Positions 1-8,798 of a stretch of DNA of 20,772 nucleotides are shown here, one piece after another (the first letter of the stretch is position 1; each line of letters begins with the position of its first letter). Source of the DNA: Bdellovibrionota bacterium (GTDB lineage Bacteria; Bdellovibrionota; UBA1018; UBA923); NCBI GenBank assembly GCA_040754655.1, contig JBFMCE010000068.1:1-20772 (forward strand), read 5' to 3'. Made by a program: the position numbers and the translations under genes. The notes below the pieces were generated by a model. That model was not told the origin of the DNA. It made no database searches and saw only the letters and a list, made by a program, of their open reading frames with translations.

Positions 1-201
1 GATCGAATAAATCGAGTAAGCGGCGATCGGATAGATCGCGAAAATCGCCATCAGTTCAAGCAACGATTTCTGCTCGAATAGAAGCTTGAAGTAGCTTCCG
101 AGCCCTACTTCCATCAAGAATGCCGAAAGAATCGCATTACCGAGTGGGGCAAAAAAATAACAAGCCGCAAGGATGACGATAGGCCAAGGTCTGATCAACA
201 T
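1..201 (-). CDS. N-terminus of an integral membrane protein, truncated by the window edge (MLIRPWPIVILAACYFFAPLGNAILSAFLMEVGLGSYFKLLFEQKSLLELMAIFAIYPIAAYSIYSI...)
   Basis: Translated by hand: open from ATG at 201 to position 1 with no stop, with two hydrophobic stretches. Not in the supplied ORF track because it runs off the edge. Preceded by a sigma28-like promoter. Confidence 0.75.
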   Translation of the reverse strand, partial: MLIRPWPIVILAACYFFAPLGNAILSAFLMEVGLGSYFKLLFEQKSLLELMAIFAIYPIAAYSIYSI

Positions 202-213
202 AATCTATTTATA

Positions 214-241
214 GTATCGGTCGAAACGTAACAATACTTGA
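214..241 (-). promoter_or_regulatory. Sigma28 (FliA)-type promoter
   Basis: Minus strand reads TCAAG-N15-ACCGATAC, against the FliA consensus TAAAG-N15-GCCGATAA. Spacing is exact and it ends 12 nt before the ATG at 201. Confidence 0.65.
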
Positions 242-304
242 GCAAAAACCCATAACCCACCAAGATCAAAAGCCTTTTCTTGGCGCGGCGCAGTTAAACC
301 GGCC

Positions 305-2293
305 TTAAAGTTGAGATGCGTTCCTCACTGAAGAGCGTAGCCGAGCGAACAATTCATCCAGCCGCCGCAAGCCTTCTTTCCACTCAGGCCCCCCGACCAA
401 GACGCGGCCAAAACGCAGCTGATCATACACCTTGATCCATGCGCATTGGTCTGGTGCGTATTGAAGGGGAGCAAGCCCTTCGAACCTTCTCCTTCTCCGC
501 CACAAAGAAAAGTTTGATCCTTTTGAGCCGGACGAAAAACGAAAAGGAAATGCAAACGACTGAGCCCACGCAAAGCTCGATCCACGCATCCTCCGGTATC
601 CCCAAAGCGAAAGCACGACCAAGACGAACGCCGCCAAGAAATAGGGCCAAAGCGTGATGATCCATCTGGCGGAAATGACGTACCGATACCAGTACGCATC
701 GAGAAGATCGCGGGCGCCCTCTAAAACCTGAAAGCCGCTCCAAGTCTGAGCAAGGTACATCGGCGTGATGTCGATCGGAGTCCATCCCAAGATCGGGTCC
801 CAGGCCTCGATCCATGCATGCGAATCGGACTGGCGCACCGTCAGCACCCCTGCCACAGGGTTTGAGGTCAGCCTGAAACCAGAGACGAGGCGCGCTGGCA
901 CGCCGGCAAGCCTCAAGAGCAACGCTGCCGACGTCGAGAAGTATTCGCAATGCCCTTTTTTTATATCAAACAAGAAATGCTCGAGGTTGTGTCGGGCGGA
1001 ATTGCCATAACCGCTGATGCGATCCCCTACCAAAGCGCCTTCGTAGTTCTCAGAAGCGAAATGCCGGATGAGGCTTTGAATTTTCTGCTCATTGGATGTT
1101 GCATCAGAAAAAATTTTTCCGGCCAGCTCCTTCCAACGTCCCATGATCCTGGGGTTCTGAGCCCACTCGCTAGGGAACTCACTCAAGCTCTCATGAGGCG
1201 TGTCGCTGAGCCGAAGCCTCCCCTCATCCCCCTTCAGAGAAAGAACATAGCGAACCTGTTGGTGTTCTGACTGCAGAATGCGCCACTCGCCATGTGAAAG
1301 CTGTTCCAACGACGTCGGTTGGTCAAAATCGGCCAGACGCACCCTCGCAGTCGAATAAGGAACGAAGACCGTGGGCGTTCCCACCGGCTCTCGTATGAAC
1401 TCGACATTGGCGATGATATCTGCGCCGTCCGGTCGCTGGTTTGATCCGACTGGCGCATGCGTCGTGCGAAACCATTTGGTCCCGTCAAACTTCTCAAGCG
1501 CCGTGCCTCTCAAGAGATATCCCGGGATAAGGTACCTCAGCGCATCGGGTTCGACCCACTCCTTCGATAAAAAAACCCGCAGAACGGGGGCCGATCGCTT
1601 TTGCTCGCCCCAAAATTTATTTCCCCCAAGATCCACGATGTCCGTATACCCGATTTGGGTTTCCTCCCCGGCGCCCCCGCGAAAACCAACGCCTTGTTTT
1701 GGGCGGGGAAGGATGGGAAAGATCACCAGGCTTAAAATGAAAATGAGCAAGGTCAACATCAACGCTTGAGAATAAAAATTGAGCGGCAGCGGAAGATCCG
1801 AGCGTTTTTCAAATTCCCTCTCAAGATAAAAACAAAAGAGAGCCAACGCACTCACCACCACGAATAAAAAGAGCACGATGGCCAAGTAAAAGTCGGGGCT
1901 GATCGAAACGGCCAGCACGATCCCGATGAAAGCGATTCCCAGGCGCCAATTCCTGTTCCTGAGGTTATCGACTGAAAACCAGGTGAGCATGTGCACGAGC
2001 ATCGACGCGTTCGCCGCGACGATCAACGGGGGCGCGACGTTCATCCGCACCAACGCGACGGATCCCAAGACCATCGCAACAAGCGCCCACACCAAAAGTC
2101 TTTCCATCAGTCCGACAAGACTTCTTGCGAGCCCTGAGTGTTTCGCTTGATTAGACACGCTCCACGCCAGAGCCATGGCGAAAGGCACCGACCATGAAAC
2201 GGCGGATTGGATCTCGGCGGTGCCAATCAAGGCGATCACGGCGAGCAGGTCGAGCGCACGCACGAGCCAATGCGACAATTCCCTAGGTTTCAT
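305..2293 (-). CDS. Membrane-anchored transglutaminase-like protein (TgpA family; DUF3488 N-terminal region plus transglutaminase core)
   Basis: About six N-terminal TM segments, 'IFPILPR...IGYTDIVDLG', 'LRGTALEKFDGTKW', catalytic Cys/His/Asp motifs GHCEYF, HAWIEAW and DITP, and a C-terminal TM. Start reassigned to ATG 2293 (MKPRE), which follows a GGGG SD-like run and overlaps the end of the DUF58 gene. Confidence 0.9.
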   Translation of the reverse strand: MKPRELSHWLVRALDLLAVIALIGTAEIQSAVSWSVPFAMALAWSVSNQAKHSGLARSLVGLMERLLVWALVAMVLGSVALVRMNVAPPLIVAANASMLVHMLTWFSVDNLRNRNWRLGIAFIGIVLAVSISPDFYLAIVLFLFVVVSALALFCFYLEREFEKRSDLPLPLNFYSQALMLTLLIFILSLVIFPILPRPKQGVGFRGGAGEETQIGYTDIVDLGGNKFWGEQKRSAPVLRVFLSKEWVEPDALRYLIPGYLLRGTALEKFDGTKWFRTTHAPVGSNQRPDGADIIANVEFIREPVGTPTVFVPYSTARVRLADFDQPTSLEQLSHGEWRILQSEHQQVRYVLSLKGDEGRLRLSDTPHESLSEFPSEWAQNPRIMGRWKELAGKIFSDATSNEQKIQSLIRHFASENYEGALVGDRISGYGNSARHNLEHFLFDIKKGHCEYFSTSAALLLRLAGVPARLVSGFRLTSNPVAGVLTVRQSDSHAWIEAWDPILGWTPIDITPMYLAQTWSGFQVLEGARDLLDAYWYRYVISARWIITLWPYFLAAFVLVVLSLWGYRRMRGSSFAWAQSFAFPFRFSSGSKGSNFSLWRRRRRFEGLAPLQYAPDQCAWIKVYDQLRFGRVLVGGPEWKEGLRRLDELFARLRSSVRNASQL

Positions 2294-3194
2294 GCCGCCC
2301 CTTAGGCGCCGGTTGAACGGTAGCCAACAGATCAAGCGCCGTGGAAATACCAAATATCTTTCGTCTATAAATGCCATCGAACAAAATCAAGGTCGCTTGG
2401 GTGCCCTCGACCTCGCTTGCGTAAAACGGACTCGCGGCCTTTTCGATTCTCTCTTCGAAATCGCCGGCCCTGTCTACGCGCAGGTCAAGCAGAACCTCAG
2501 CGGCCCTGGAATTCGCCTTGCGCACCCTCACCACGGGCGCCCCTCGCCTTGCGCTCAAAGTCCATACCACGTGCCGGTAATCATCATCGGGTTGCATTTC
2601 TCGGATTTCGCCTTCGAGGAAGTCTCCGCTAGCGGTTCTGTAAACCTTCACGCCCTGTGCATCGGTTTGCCCTGATTTCTCAAGCCTGCGAGGCCAAACC
2701 AAACGTTCTCCTTTCAAGGCTACCCACCTGATCTTCGTGGCGAACCCGAAGGGATAGCTGGTTGAACAACCTATCCCGTCCCACTTGTGGATTCCCCGCT
2801 TTTCCGCAATCCATTTTGAGCTGACTACGATCTCGCTTTTGGGTGGCAAATAAGGAACGAACCCATGGGCGATCAGCTTGCGACCGGCCCACTCACCCAC
2901 TTCCATGCAAAACACCGGCAACCTTCCTCGGTTGCGAACGATGATGCGATCATGAGCGCGTTCCGAGGCGATGCATGGGCTGCGCGTCCATTGGATCTGG
3001 ATGGATGCAACCGCCAGCTCAGAAAGGACGCCAGACAGGATCAAGCCTCCCAATAAGAAACTCTCAAGCAGATATAAAACGTTATTCCCGCTCGAGGTCG
3101 CAACCACTCCCAAACCAATGGTCAGGGCAAGATACCATTTACCGGCCACGCTTACATGGAGGCGACGGTGTCCGTATTCTTTGAGGTCGCTCAT
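2283..3194 (-). CDS. DUF58 domain-containing protein (MoxR-associated)
   Basis: N-terminal TM pair 'GKWYLALTIGLGVVATSSGNNVLYLL', 'RGIH...TSYPFGF', 'GDFLEGEIREMQPDDDYRHVVWTLSARRG' (DUF58 core). Lies between MoxR and the transglutaminase. Confidence 0.88.
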   Translation of the reverse strand: MSDLKEYGHRRLHVSVAGKWYLALTIGLGVVATSSGNNVLYLLESFLLGGLILSGVLSELAVASIQIQWTRSPCIASERAHDRIIVRNRGRLPVFCMEVGEWAGRKLIAHGFVPYLPPKSEIVVSSKWIAEKRGIHKWDGIGCSTSYPFGFATKIRWVALKGERLVWPRRLEKSGQTDAQGVKVYRTASGDFLEGEIREMQPDDDYRHVVWTLSARRGAPVVRVRKANSRAAEVLLDLRVDRAGDFEERIEKAASPFYASEVEGTQATLILFDGIYRRKIFGISTALDLLATVQPAPKGRHET

Positions 3195-3199
3195 CGTTT

Positions 3200-4117
3200 C
3201 TACCGTGGGTGTTTGAGGGTGCTCACAATGTCTGAGATGATCCGCCGCTTTGGCTCGAGCTCGCCTGAACCCATCGCAAGGCTCAATCGATGCGCAAGCA
3301 CCGCTACCGATAAATCGCGCATCTCAGAAGGATGCACGAAATCCCTTCCTCTGAGATAGGCCAGCGCGCGCGCAGCCGAAAGGTATTGCAAACCGCCTCG
3401 CACTGAAACACCGTGAGCGATCTCAGGATGGCTTCGGGTCGCCTTGATGATGGAATGAGCGTACTCGAGCACGCTCGATTCAATATGAACCTTCGCTATT
3501 TGGTTGCGCGCTTCTTTTAAGCTCTCCATCGAATTCGGGAACTCTGCTCTAGAGCGCGCCCGGCTCTCGCTCCTCGACTCGTAAATCGCGAGCTCTTCCT
3601 TTTCCGGAGGCAACCCTACCCACACCAAAATCATGAAACGATCGAGTTGGCTTTCCGCCAACGGATAAACACCGTGAGATTCAACGGGATTCTGGGTTGC
3701 GATCACGAAGAAAGGATCGGGCAGGCTGTACGCGACTCCATCGACGGTAACCGTCCCCTCAGCCATAGCCTCAAGCAATGCGGACTGGGTTTTCGGGCCT
3801 GTTCTATTGAGTTCATCAGCCAGCAAAAAGTTGCTGAAAATAGGTCCCTTGCGAAACTCAAAGTCTCTCATGTCGCGCGCGGGTCTCAGCACACCCAAGA
3901 TATCGCTGGGCAAGAGATCGCTTGTCATCTGAACTCGCCTAAAGCTGCCGCCAAAACTTTCAGCCAAAAGCCTCGCGAGCGAGGTTTTTCCGACGCCGGG
4001 CGGTCCTTCCAACAAAAGGTGTCCGCCCGCCAGTATCGCGGCAAGCGACAATTCGATGAGTCGATCTTGGCCGAGGAGTTCTTCTTGCAAGTGCTTCTGT
4101 ATATTCCGCAGTTCCAT
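3200..4117 (-). CDS. moxR: MoxR-family AAA+ ATPase
   Basis: GHLLLEGPPGVGKT (Walker A), RVQMTSDLLPSDILG, LLADELNRTGPKTQSALLEAM (Walker B), ATQNPVESHGVYPLAESQLDRF, GVSVRG. Confidence 0.96.
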   Translation of the reverse strand: MELRNIQKHLQEELLGQDRLIELSLAAILAGGHLLLEGPPGVGKTSLARLLAESFGGSFRRVQMTSDLLPSDILGVLRPARDMRDFEFRKGPIFSNFLLADELNRTGPKTQSALLEAMAEGTVTVDGVAYSLPDPFFVIATQNPVESHGVYPLAESQLDRFMILVWVGLPPEKEELAIYESRSESRARSRAEFPNSMESLKEARNQIAKVHIESSVLEYAHSIIKATRSHPEIAHGVSVRGGLQYLSAARALAYLRGRDFVHPSEMRDLSVAVLAHRLSLAMGSGELEPKRRIISDIVSTLKHPR

Positions 4118-4131
4118 GTTCTTAATTGAGA

Positions 4132-4181
4132 AGGATACTTTGCTTATGTTGTTTACTCAAGCGACGCATACGGCTTAAAAT
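4132..4181. promoter_or_regulatory. Overlapping divergent sigma70-type promoters for the moxR operon and the lipase
   Basis: Minus: TTGAGT(4160-4155)-N17-TATCCT(4137-4132). Plus: TTTACT(4152-4157)-N18-TAAAAT(4176-4181). The two -35 boxes overlap inside a 75-bp AT-rich gap. Confidence 0.5.
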
Positions 4182-4192
4182 AAAGAACCAGA

Positions 4193-4963
4193 ATGCCAAC
4201 TCACGCGTTGAAACTGAAACATCCCATTGTGCTCGTTCACGGACTTGGGGCAAAAGGTTACTTTGGTCCGGTAGATTATTTCTACGGCATCCCCAAACGT
4301 CTTCGTGAAGCTGGAAACCGCATTTTTATCGCGAATTTAACGGCATTTCATACGATCGAACACCGCGCAAAAGAATTGAAGTCTCAAATCGAAAAAGCTT
4401 TTCCCGAAGAAAAAGTAAACCTCATCGGACACAGTTTTGGCGGGCTCGACGCGAGATACCTTGCAGCGCAACAAGATTTCACGGAACACGCTGCGAGCGT
4501 CACGACAATCGGAACCCCGAACCGCGGAAGCATCATTCTAGACATCGCCGTAGGAATGGTGCCCGAGGCGACCTTCAAAGTCACCGACCAAGTCTTGAAA
4601 GTCCTCAACTCGAGCACGAAGGCCTATCAACAGATCACCAGCAGTTATTGCACTGAAGTTCTGCCGACTCACGCGCCAGTGATGCCGGATGTCGGATACT
4701 TCAGCGCCACAAGCGTCATCCAGAATCCCGTGATGCGCACGGCGCTGCCCTTGTTTTGGCTTCCTCACCGCATCGTGCATCGGTACGAGGGAGACAATGA
4801 CGGTTTCGTATCAGTGCATTCTTCTCGGTGGGGAGAGCATATCTGCACCTATGTCGGAGACCACTACGGGCAAATCGGGCATTTTTTTGGATTTTCGCGA
4901 GGCCTAGACCACTATCGCTTCTTTGACGAGATCGTCAAACATCTCAAGAAGCGAGGCTTTTGA
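4193..4963 (+). CDS. Triacylglycerol lipase / esterase (family I-like alpha/beta hydrolase)
   Basis: HPIVLVHGL oxyanion motif, KVNLIGHSFGGLDARY nucleophile elbow, SVTTIGTPNRGS, NDGFV (Asp) and DHY (His). No obvious signal peptide. Confidence 0.92.
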   Translation: MPTHALKLKHPIVLVHGLGAKGYFGPVDYFYGIPKRLREAGNRIFIANLTAFHTIEHRAKELKSQIEKAFPEEKVNLIGHSFGGLDARYLAAQQDFTEHAASVTTIGTPNRGSIILDIAVGMVPEATFKVTDQVLKVLNSSTKAYQQITSSYCTEVLPTHAPVMPDVGYFSATSVIQNPVMRTALPLFWLPHRIVHRYEGDNDGFVSVHSSRWGEHICTYVGDHYGQIGHFFGFSRGLDHYRFFDEIVKHLKKRGF

Positions 4964-5852
4964 AGTTCTCGCCCAGGAATCCTGAGATCAACCGATTGAC
5001 CTGCTCAGGGCAATCAAACTGTGGGCAATGACTGGCTTCGGGAATGACGACATACCTGCTGTTCTCGATTCTTTCGTGCAACGACTTCTGATGGCTTGTC
5101 GATATCATCTTGTCTTTCTCGCCGCCGATGATCAGCGTCGGCACGCGAATGAGCTCAAGTGAATCTCGCCTGTCGTGCCTCAAGTACTCGCCTAGAAGTT
5201 GAAAAAAGATCCGGGGAGAAAGCTCTCCCATCACTCGAATGCACTCTCTGATGTCTTCTATTTTCGAAAGCGCCGGGTTGAAACCGACGTACTTCGCGAA
5301 ACGCTCGGCTCCGCGCGTGCGAGTGGGCATGCGCCAAGCCTGATCAGCCAGTCGCGGGAAGAGCCCGTCGACCGTTTTGAGCATCGACTGAAGCACGGTG
5401 AGGCCATACATTTCTCGCGCCGTATTGGCGGGGAAAGCGGCCGCGCCCGCGATCAAAACCAGCGAGTGAACCCTTTCAGCGAACCTGGCTGCAAACTCAA
5501 GGGCGATATTCACGCCCATCGAGTGTCCGACCAAGCAAACGGTATCGCGCAAGTTCAAGTGCTCTAGAAACTCATGAATGTCCCCCGCGATCCGCGGGAA
5601 GGTCAGGGTCGTGATGGCCCGGGGTGCTTCCGAGAAATTGTGACCCCGATAGTCCAGCGTCAAAAGCCGATAGCGCCGAGCCAGGTATTCCCACTGATAC
5701 TTGAAGTGGTGCGAACTGCACGCCAAGCCGTAACAAAACAAAATGACGGGTCCCGCGGGATTTCCGCCAACTTGAAAGCTTAGACGCAGACCGTCTGAGG
5801 TTCTAAAACTGCCTGATTCGCGTTCGAAGATTTTTTTAGAGGTTCTACTCAC
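4944..5852 (-). CDS. Alpha/beta fold hydrolase
   Basis: DYRGHNFS, GHSMG (catalytic Ser), PTLIIGGEKDKMI (Asp), EASHCPQ (His). The ORF-track start at 6056 overlaps the opposite-strand barrel gene, so GTG 5852 is preferred; TTG 5888 is an alternative. Confidence 0.88.
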   Translation of the reverse strand: MSRTSKKIFERESGSFRTSDGLRLSFQVGGNPAGPVILFCYGLACSSHHFKYQWEYLARRYRLLTLDYRGHNFSEAPRAITTLTFPRIAGDIHEFLEHLNLRDTVCLVGHSMGVNIALEFAARFAERVHSLVLIAGAAAFPANTAREMYGLTVLQSMLKTVDGLFPRLADQAWRMPTRTRGAERFAKYVGFNPALSKIEDIRECIRVMGELSPRIFFQLLGEYLRHDRRDSLELIRVPTLIIGGEKDKMISTSHQKSLHERIENSRYVVIPEASHCPQFDCPEQVNRLISGFLGENFKSLAS

Positions 5853-5859
5853 TTCTTTA

Positions 5860-5888
5860 AGTCTACTTTTTGGTTGGTCAGGCCTCAA
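5860..5888 (-). promoter_or_regulatory. Sigma70-type promoter, possibly giving a leaderless mRNA
   Basis: TTGAGG-N17-TAGACT, then 7 nt, then the GTG start at 5852. No SD is visible. Confidence 0.45.
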
Positions 5889-5981
5889 GTCACCCCGCAG
5901 TTTTACAATGCCTTCAATATTGAAAAATTGACCGAGCGGGAATGGAGTGGAACTTTTTGCCCTGCGGAGCGGACAATCCTC

Positions 5982-6602
5982 ATGAATAAATTGATCCTGT
6001 TGTTTGTCGTCAACTTGGCAATGGCCATCTGCCTTCTTATTCCACGCGACGCCCAAGCTGAAATCGCGCTGGGCTTACACGGGGGAATCAGTTTAAGCGA
6101 TGCTTCTGTCGAGCCTGAGCTCTCAACCGACTACCGGGCTGGTGCGGTTGCGGGTGTTTTTTCTGAATTGAAGATCGCGGGCGAAGTCTTGTACCTTCAA
6201 GGCGAATTCAACTACGTGCAAAAGGGAGCGGAACAAACGGTTCTAAGAACCGAGTCAAAGATCAAGCTCGATTACATCGAAATTCCCCTTCTGCTGAAGG
6301 CAAAGTATGAAAAAATGGATTTCAAGCCCTTCATCCTCGCGGGGCCGGCGCTTGGCTTCAATGTAAACGCGTCTGGCGAATCCACCATCGGGCGAACACA
6401 GTTCACTTCAGACCTCACTACCGTGGATGCAATCGATTTCGGTCTTTTGTTCGGCATCGGCGCCGAATATCACTTTTCAAGCCAATGGGCGGGCCTCTTG
6501 ACGGCCAGGTACTCGCTTGGGCTTGTCGATGTGGTGGAAACGGCTACGACCTGGAAAAATCACGGTCTTCAGACTCTCGCCGGAGTGATGTTCAAATTCT
6601 AA
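5982..6602 (+). CDS. Outer-membrane beta-barrel (porin family / OMP_b-brl_2, PorT-like) protein
   Basis: Signal peptide MNKLILLFVVNLAMAICLLIPRDAQA, 'GLHGGISLS', 'LQGEFNYVQKG', 'LDYIEIPLLLK', 'PFILAGP', 'ARYSLGL', and a C-terminal Phe (VMFKF). Start set at ATG 5982. Confidence 0.9.
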   Translation: MNKLILLFVVNLAMAICLLIPRDAQAEIALGLHGGISLSDASVEPELSTDYRAGAVAGVFSELKIAGEVLYLQGEFNYVQKGAEQTVLRTESKIKLDYIEIPLLLKAKYEKMDFKPFILAGPALGFNVNASGESTIGRTQFTSDLTTVDAIDFGLLFGIGAEYHFSSQWAGLLTARYSLGLVDVVETATTWKNHGLQTLAGVMFKF

Positions 6603-7221
6603 GCCACTCCCGGAACCGAGAAAGAAGTTTCGCGCGAACCTGCTGGCACTGAGAAGAATCCAGCTGATCGGTGTCGACGCCCACCACGTGATTCATGAGG
6701 TTGAACTCTTGCGACACGTCATCAAGTCCGCCGCTGAGATGGCCAAACTCGTGGGCTAAGAGATAGGGTCTCACATGATTCTCAAACACCACTCCGTCAG
6801 GCCCGCCATCAGCGACAGATGAAAAAGCATTGCTTTTGTCTTCCCCTAAATCGCCCGCGCGATCCCAACGGCCGGTGGCAACGTAAAGCGCTGACGAGGA
6901 TTGGCGGAAGGACTTCCTTATCTTGCGCAGATCAGAATGGTTCTTGGGGTGGTAGCTCAAACCGAATGCCTCTGGCTTGATTTGCTCATAACTGCCTAAG
7001 CTGAATGAAATCCCGCACCGAGCCCAGAGCTTTGACATTACCCGAAGCGCTTTAGACACCTGATGGACGGAAGGAACGGGAGGAATTGCGTCGCTGTTTT
7101 CAAAGACGACAAACTTCACTTTCACTTCGAGCGGGGCTACCGATCCCAACGCGACGCCCGACACCGAAAAAACTGCCAAAAATAACGATATAAAGAAAAG
7201 CAACGACCTCTCCTTGGTCAT
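6592..7221 (-). CDS. Small secreted zinc metalloprotease-like protein (metzincin-like)
   Basis: Hydrophobic N-terminal signal, 'LWARCGISF', LAHEFGHLSGGLDD zinc motif, NLM Met-turn and a second Cys in 'SQCQQVR' near the C-terminus. Confidence 0.75.
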   Translation of the reverse strand: MTKERSLLFFISLFLAVFSVSGVALGSVAPLEVKVKFVVFENSDAIPPVPSVHQVSKALRVMSKLWARCGISFSLGSYEQIKPEAFGLSYHPKNHSDLRKIRKSFRQSSSALYVATGRWDRAGDLGEDKSNAFSSVADGGPDGVVFENHVRPYLLAHEFGHLSGGLDDVSQEFNLMNHVVGVDTDQLDSSQCQQVRAKLLSRFREWLRI

Positions 7222-7280
7222 TTCATTGGCCTAAAACGCCTACCTGCCAGACTCACTCATCCCGTCGGCCCCAAGCCTTC

Positions 7281-8798
7281 TCACTTGAGTTCGTTTGAAT
7301 CACCCTTAAAAGCCCTGGGATCAAGGCTGTACTTGCGAATCAAGCCATACACTTCCGTGCGATACTTGCCCGCGATTCTGGCCGCACGCGCAATATTGCC
7401 ACGAGCGTGACGCAGCAGTGATTCGACGTATTGCCTTTCGAAGTTTTCCTTCGCTTCTTTATACGGAGGCACATTGGTGCCCATGAGCATTTCCCCCAGA
7501 GATTCCGGCCTTTCAGACGAGTCTTCGTCTGCTTGAACGGCTTCCGCAATAGCCTTGGCCGAACTTGACTGCGACTCCGCCATCGGATCGACAGCCATCG
7601 CTCCTTCGGGGAAAAGGTCCGCGGTGGTGAGCACGGGGCTTTTGCCCATAACCACTGCGTGCTCTACCCTGTTCTGTAATTCGCGCACGTTTCCGGGCCA
7701 TTCGTAGGCTTGCATCGCGACCAATGCGGCCGCAGTGAATCCTTCGAACTTTCTCCCATGCTGCGAAGCAAATCGAGTTGCAAAGACCGTAGCCAGATAA
7801 GCAACATCCTGTTTGCGTTCGCGAAGCGCGGGAACATGCAATGGAAGCACCTGAAGCCTATAAAACAAGTCGTCCCTGAATTTCTTTTCGGCTACCAATT
7901 GCCTCAGGTCCCGGTGCGTCGCAGCGATAATGCGCACATCCACTTTGACCGGCTGGCCAGCCCCTAGCGGCAAGACTTCGCGCTCTTGGATCACGCGCAA
8001 GAGCCTCACTTGGATCGAGAGCGGGGCATCTCCGATCTCATCCAGGAACAAAGTGCCGCCATTTGCGCGAACGATATGGCCGATCTTGCTCTCACGAGCG
8101 TCGGTGAAAGCTCCCTTTACGAATCCGAAGAGTTCGCTTTCAAGCAAGGTCTCGGGAAAAGCTCCGCAATTGATGGCGACAAACGGACCTTTGGCGCGCG
8201 GTCCCATCTGATGCAATGCCCTTGCGACCAACTCTTTCCCGGTTCCGCTTCCTCCGTATACAACTACATTCGAACTGATCGAGCTTGCGATCCGGACCTG
8301 TTCTAAAAAGCGCTGCATCGTCGGATCGCGAGTCAAGATGAGTTGGTCAAGCAACTCATCTTTTGAAACCTCTGTCTCGCCTTCTTGAATGAGCCTGCGC
8401 AAACGGGCGACCTCAAGCTTCATATGGTAAGACTCGATCGCTTGAGAGATTTGAAGGCGCAGCGCCCCTTCTTGAAAGGGCTTTCGGATGTAACCATTGG
8501 CGCCCATCGAAAAGGCCTGCACCGCCGAATCGACGTCACCGTGAGCGGTGATGATGAAAATTGGCACCTCGCTGTCGATGTCGCGAAACCTCGGCAAGCT
8601 TTCAACCCCATTTTCACCCTGAAGCCGCAAATCCAAAAGAATCAGCGAATACTGGTTGCAAGCCAGCTTTTCAAGCGCGGGGCCGACGGATGAGCACGTG
8701 TCGACCCTATACCCTTCAGACTCCAGGCGCAGGGTTAAAATATCTGCGATCTGCTCATCATCATCGACCACAAGAATGCGCGGGCGAAGCTCTTTCAT
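7281..8798 (-). CDS. glrR: Sigma54-dependent response regulator, GlrR/QseF-like (REC-AAA+-Fis HTH)
   Basis: REC (ILVVDDD...LRLESEGY, LLDLRL, ITAHG, KPF), GGSGTGKE, ESELFG..KGAFTDA, GGTLFLDEIGD, WPGNVREL. The C-terminus 'AKENFERQYVESLL...GNIARAARIAGKYRTEVY.L..Y.LD..AFK' resembles E. coli GlrR as recalled. Synteny with a kinase and a lipoprotein supports this. The symbol is a family-level call. Confidence 0.9.
   Translation of the reverse strand: MKELRPRILVVDDDEQIADILTLRLESEGYRVDTCSSVGPALEKLACNQYSLILLDLRLQGENGVESLPRFRDIDSEVPIFIITAHGDVDSAVQAFSMGANGYIRKPFQEGALRLQISQAIESYHMKLEVARLRRLIQEGETEVSKDELLDQLILTRDPTMQRFLEQVRIASSISSNVVVYGGSGTGKELVARALHQMGPRAKGPFVAINCGAFPETLLESELFGFVKGAFTDARESKIGHIVRANGGTLFLDEIGDAPLSIQVRLLRVIQEREVLPLGAGQPVKVDVRIIAATHRDLRQLVAEKKFRDDLFYRLQVLPLHVPALRERKQDVAYLATVFATRFASQHGRKFEGFTAAALVAMQAYEWPGNVRELQNRVEHAVVMGKSPVLTTADLFPEGAMAVDPMAESQSSSAKAIAEAVQADEDSSERPESLGEMLMGTNVPPYKEAKENFERQYVESLLRHARGNIARAARIAGKYRTEVYGLIRKYSLDPRAFKGDSNELK

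Noticed and set aside
2175..4129. Plus-strand ORFs (2175-2675, 3647-4129 and others)
   Set aside because: They are antisense shadows of well-supported DUF58, MoxR and transglutaminase genes and have no motifs.
5949..5977. Possible sigmaE-type promoter (GGAACTT...) before the beta-barrel gene
   Set aside because: The -35 looks right but the -10 (GACAA) does not match convincingly.
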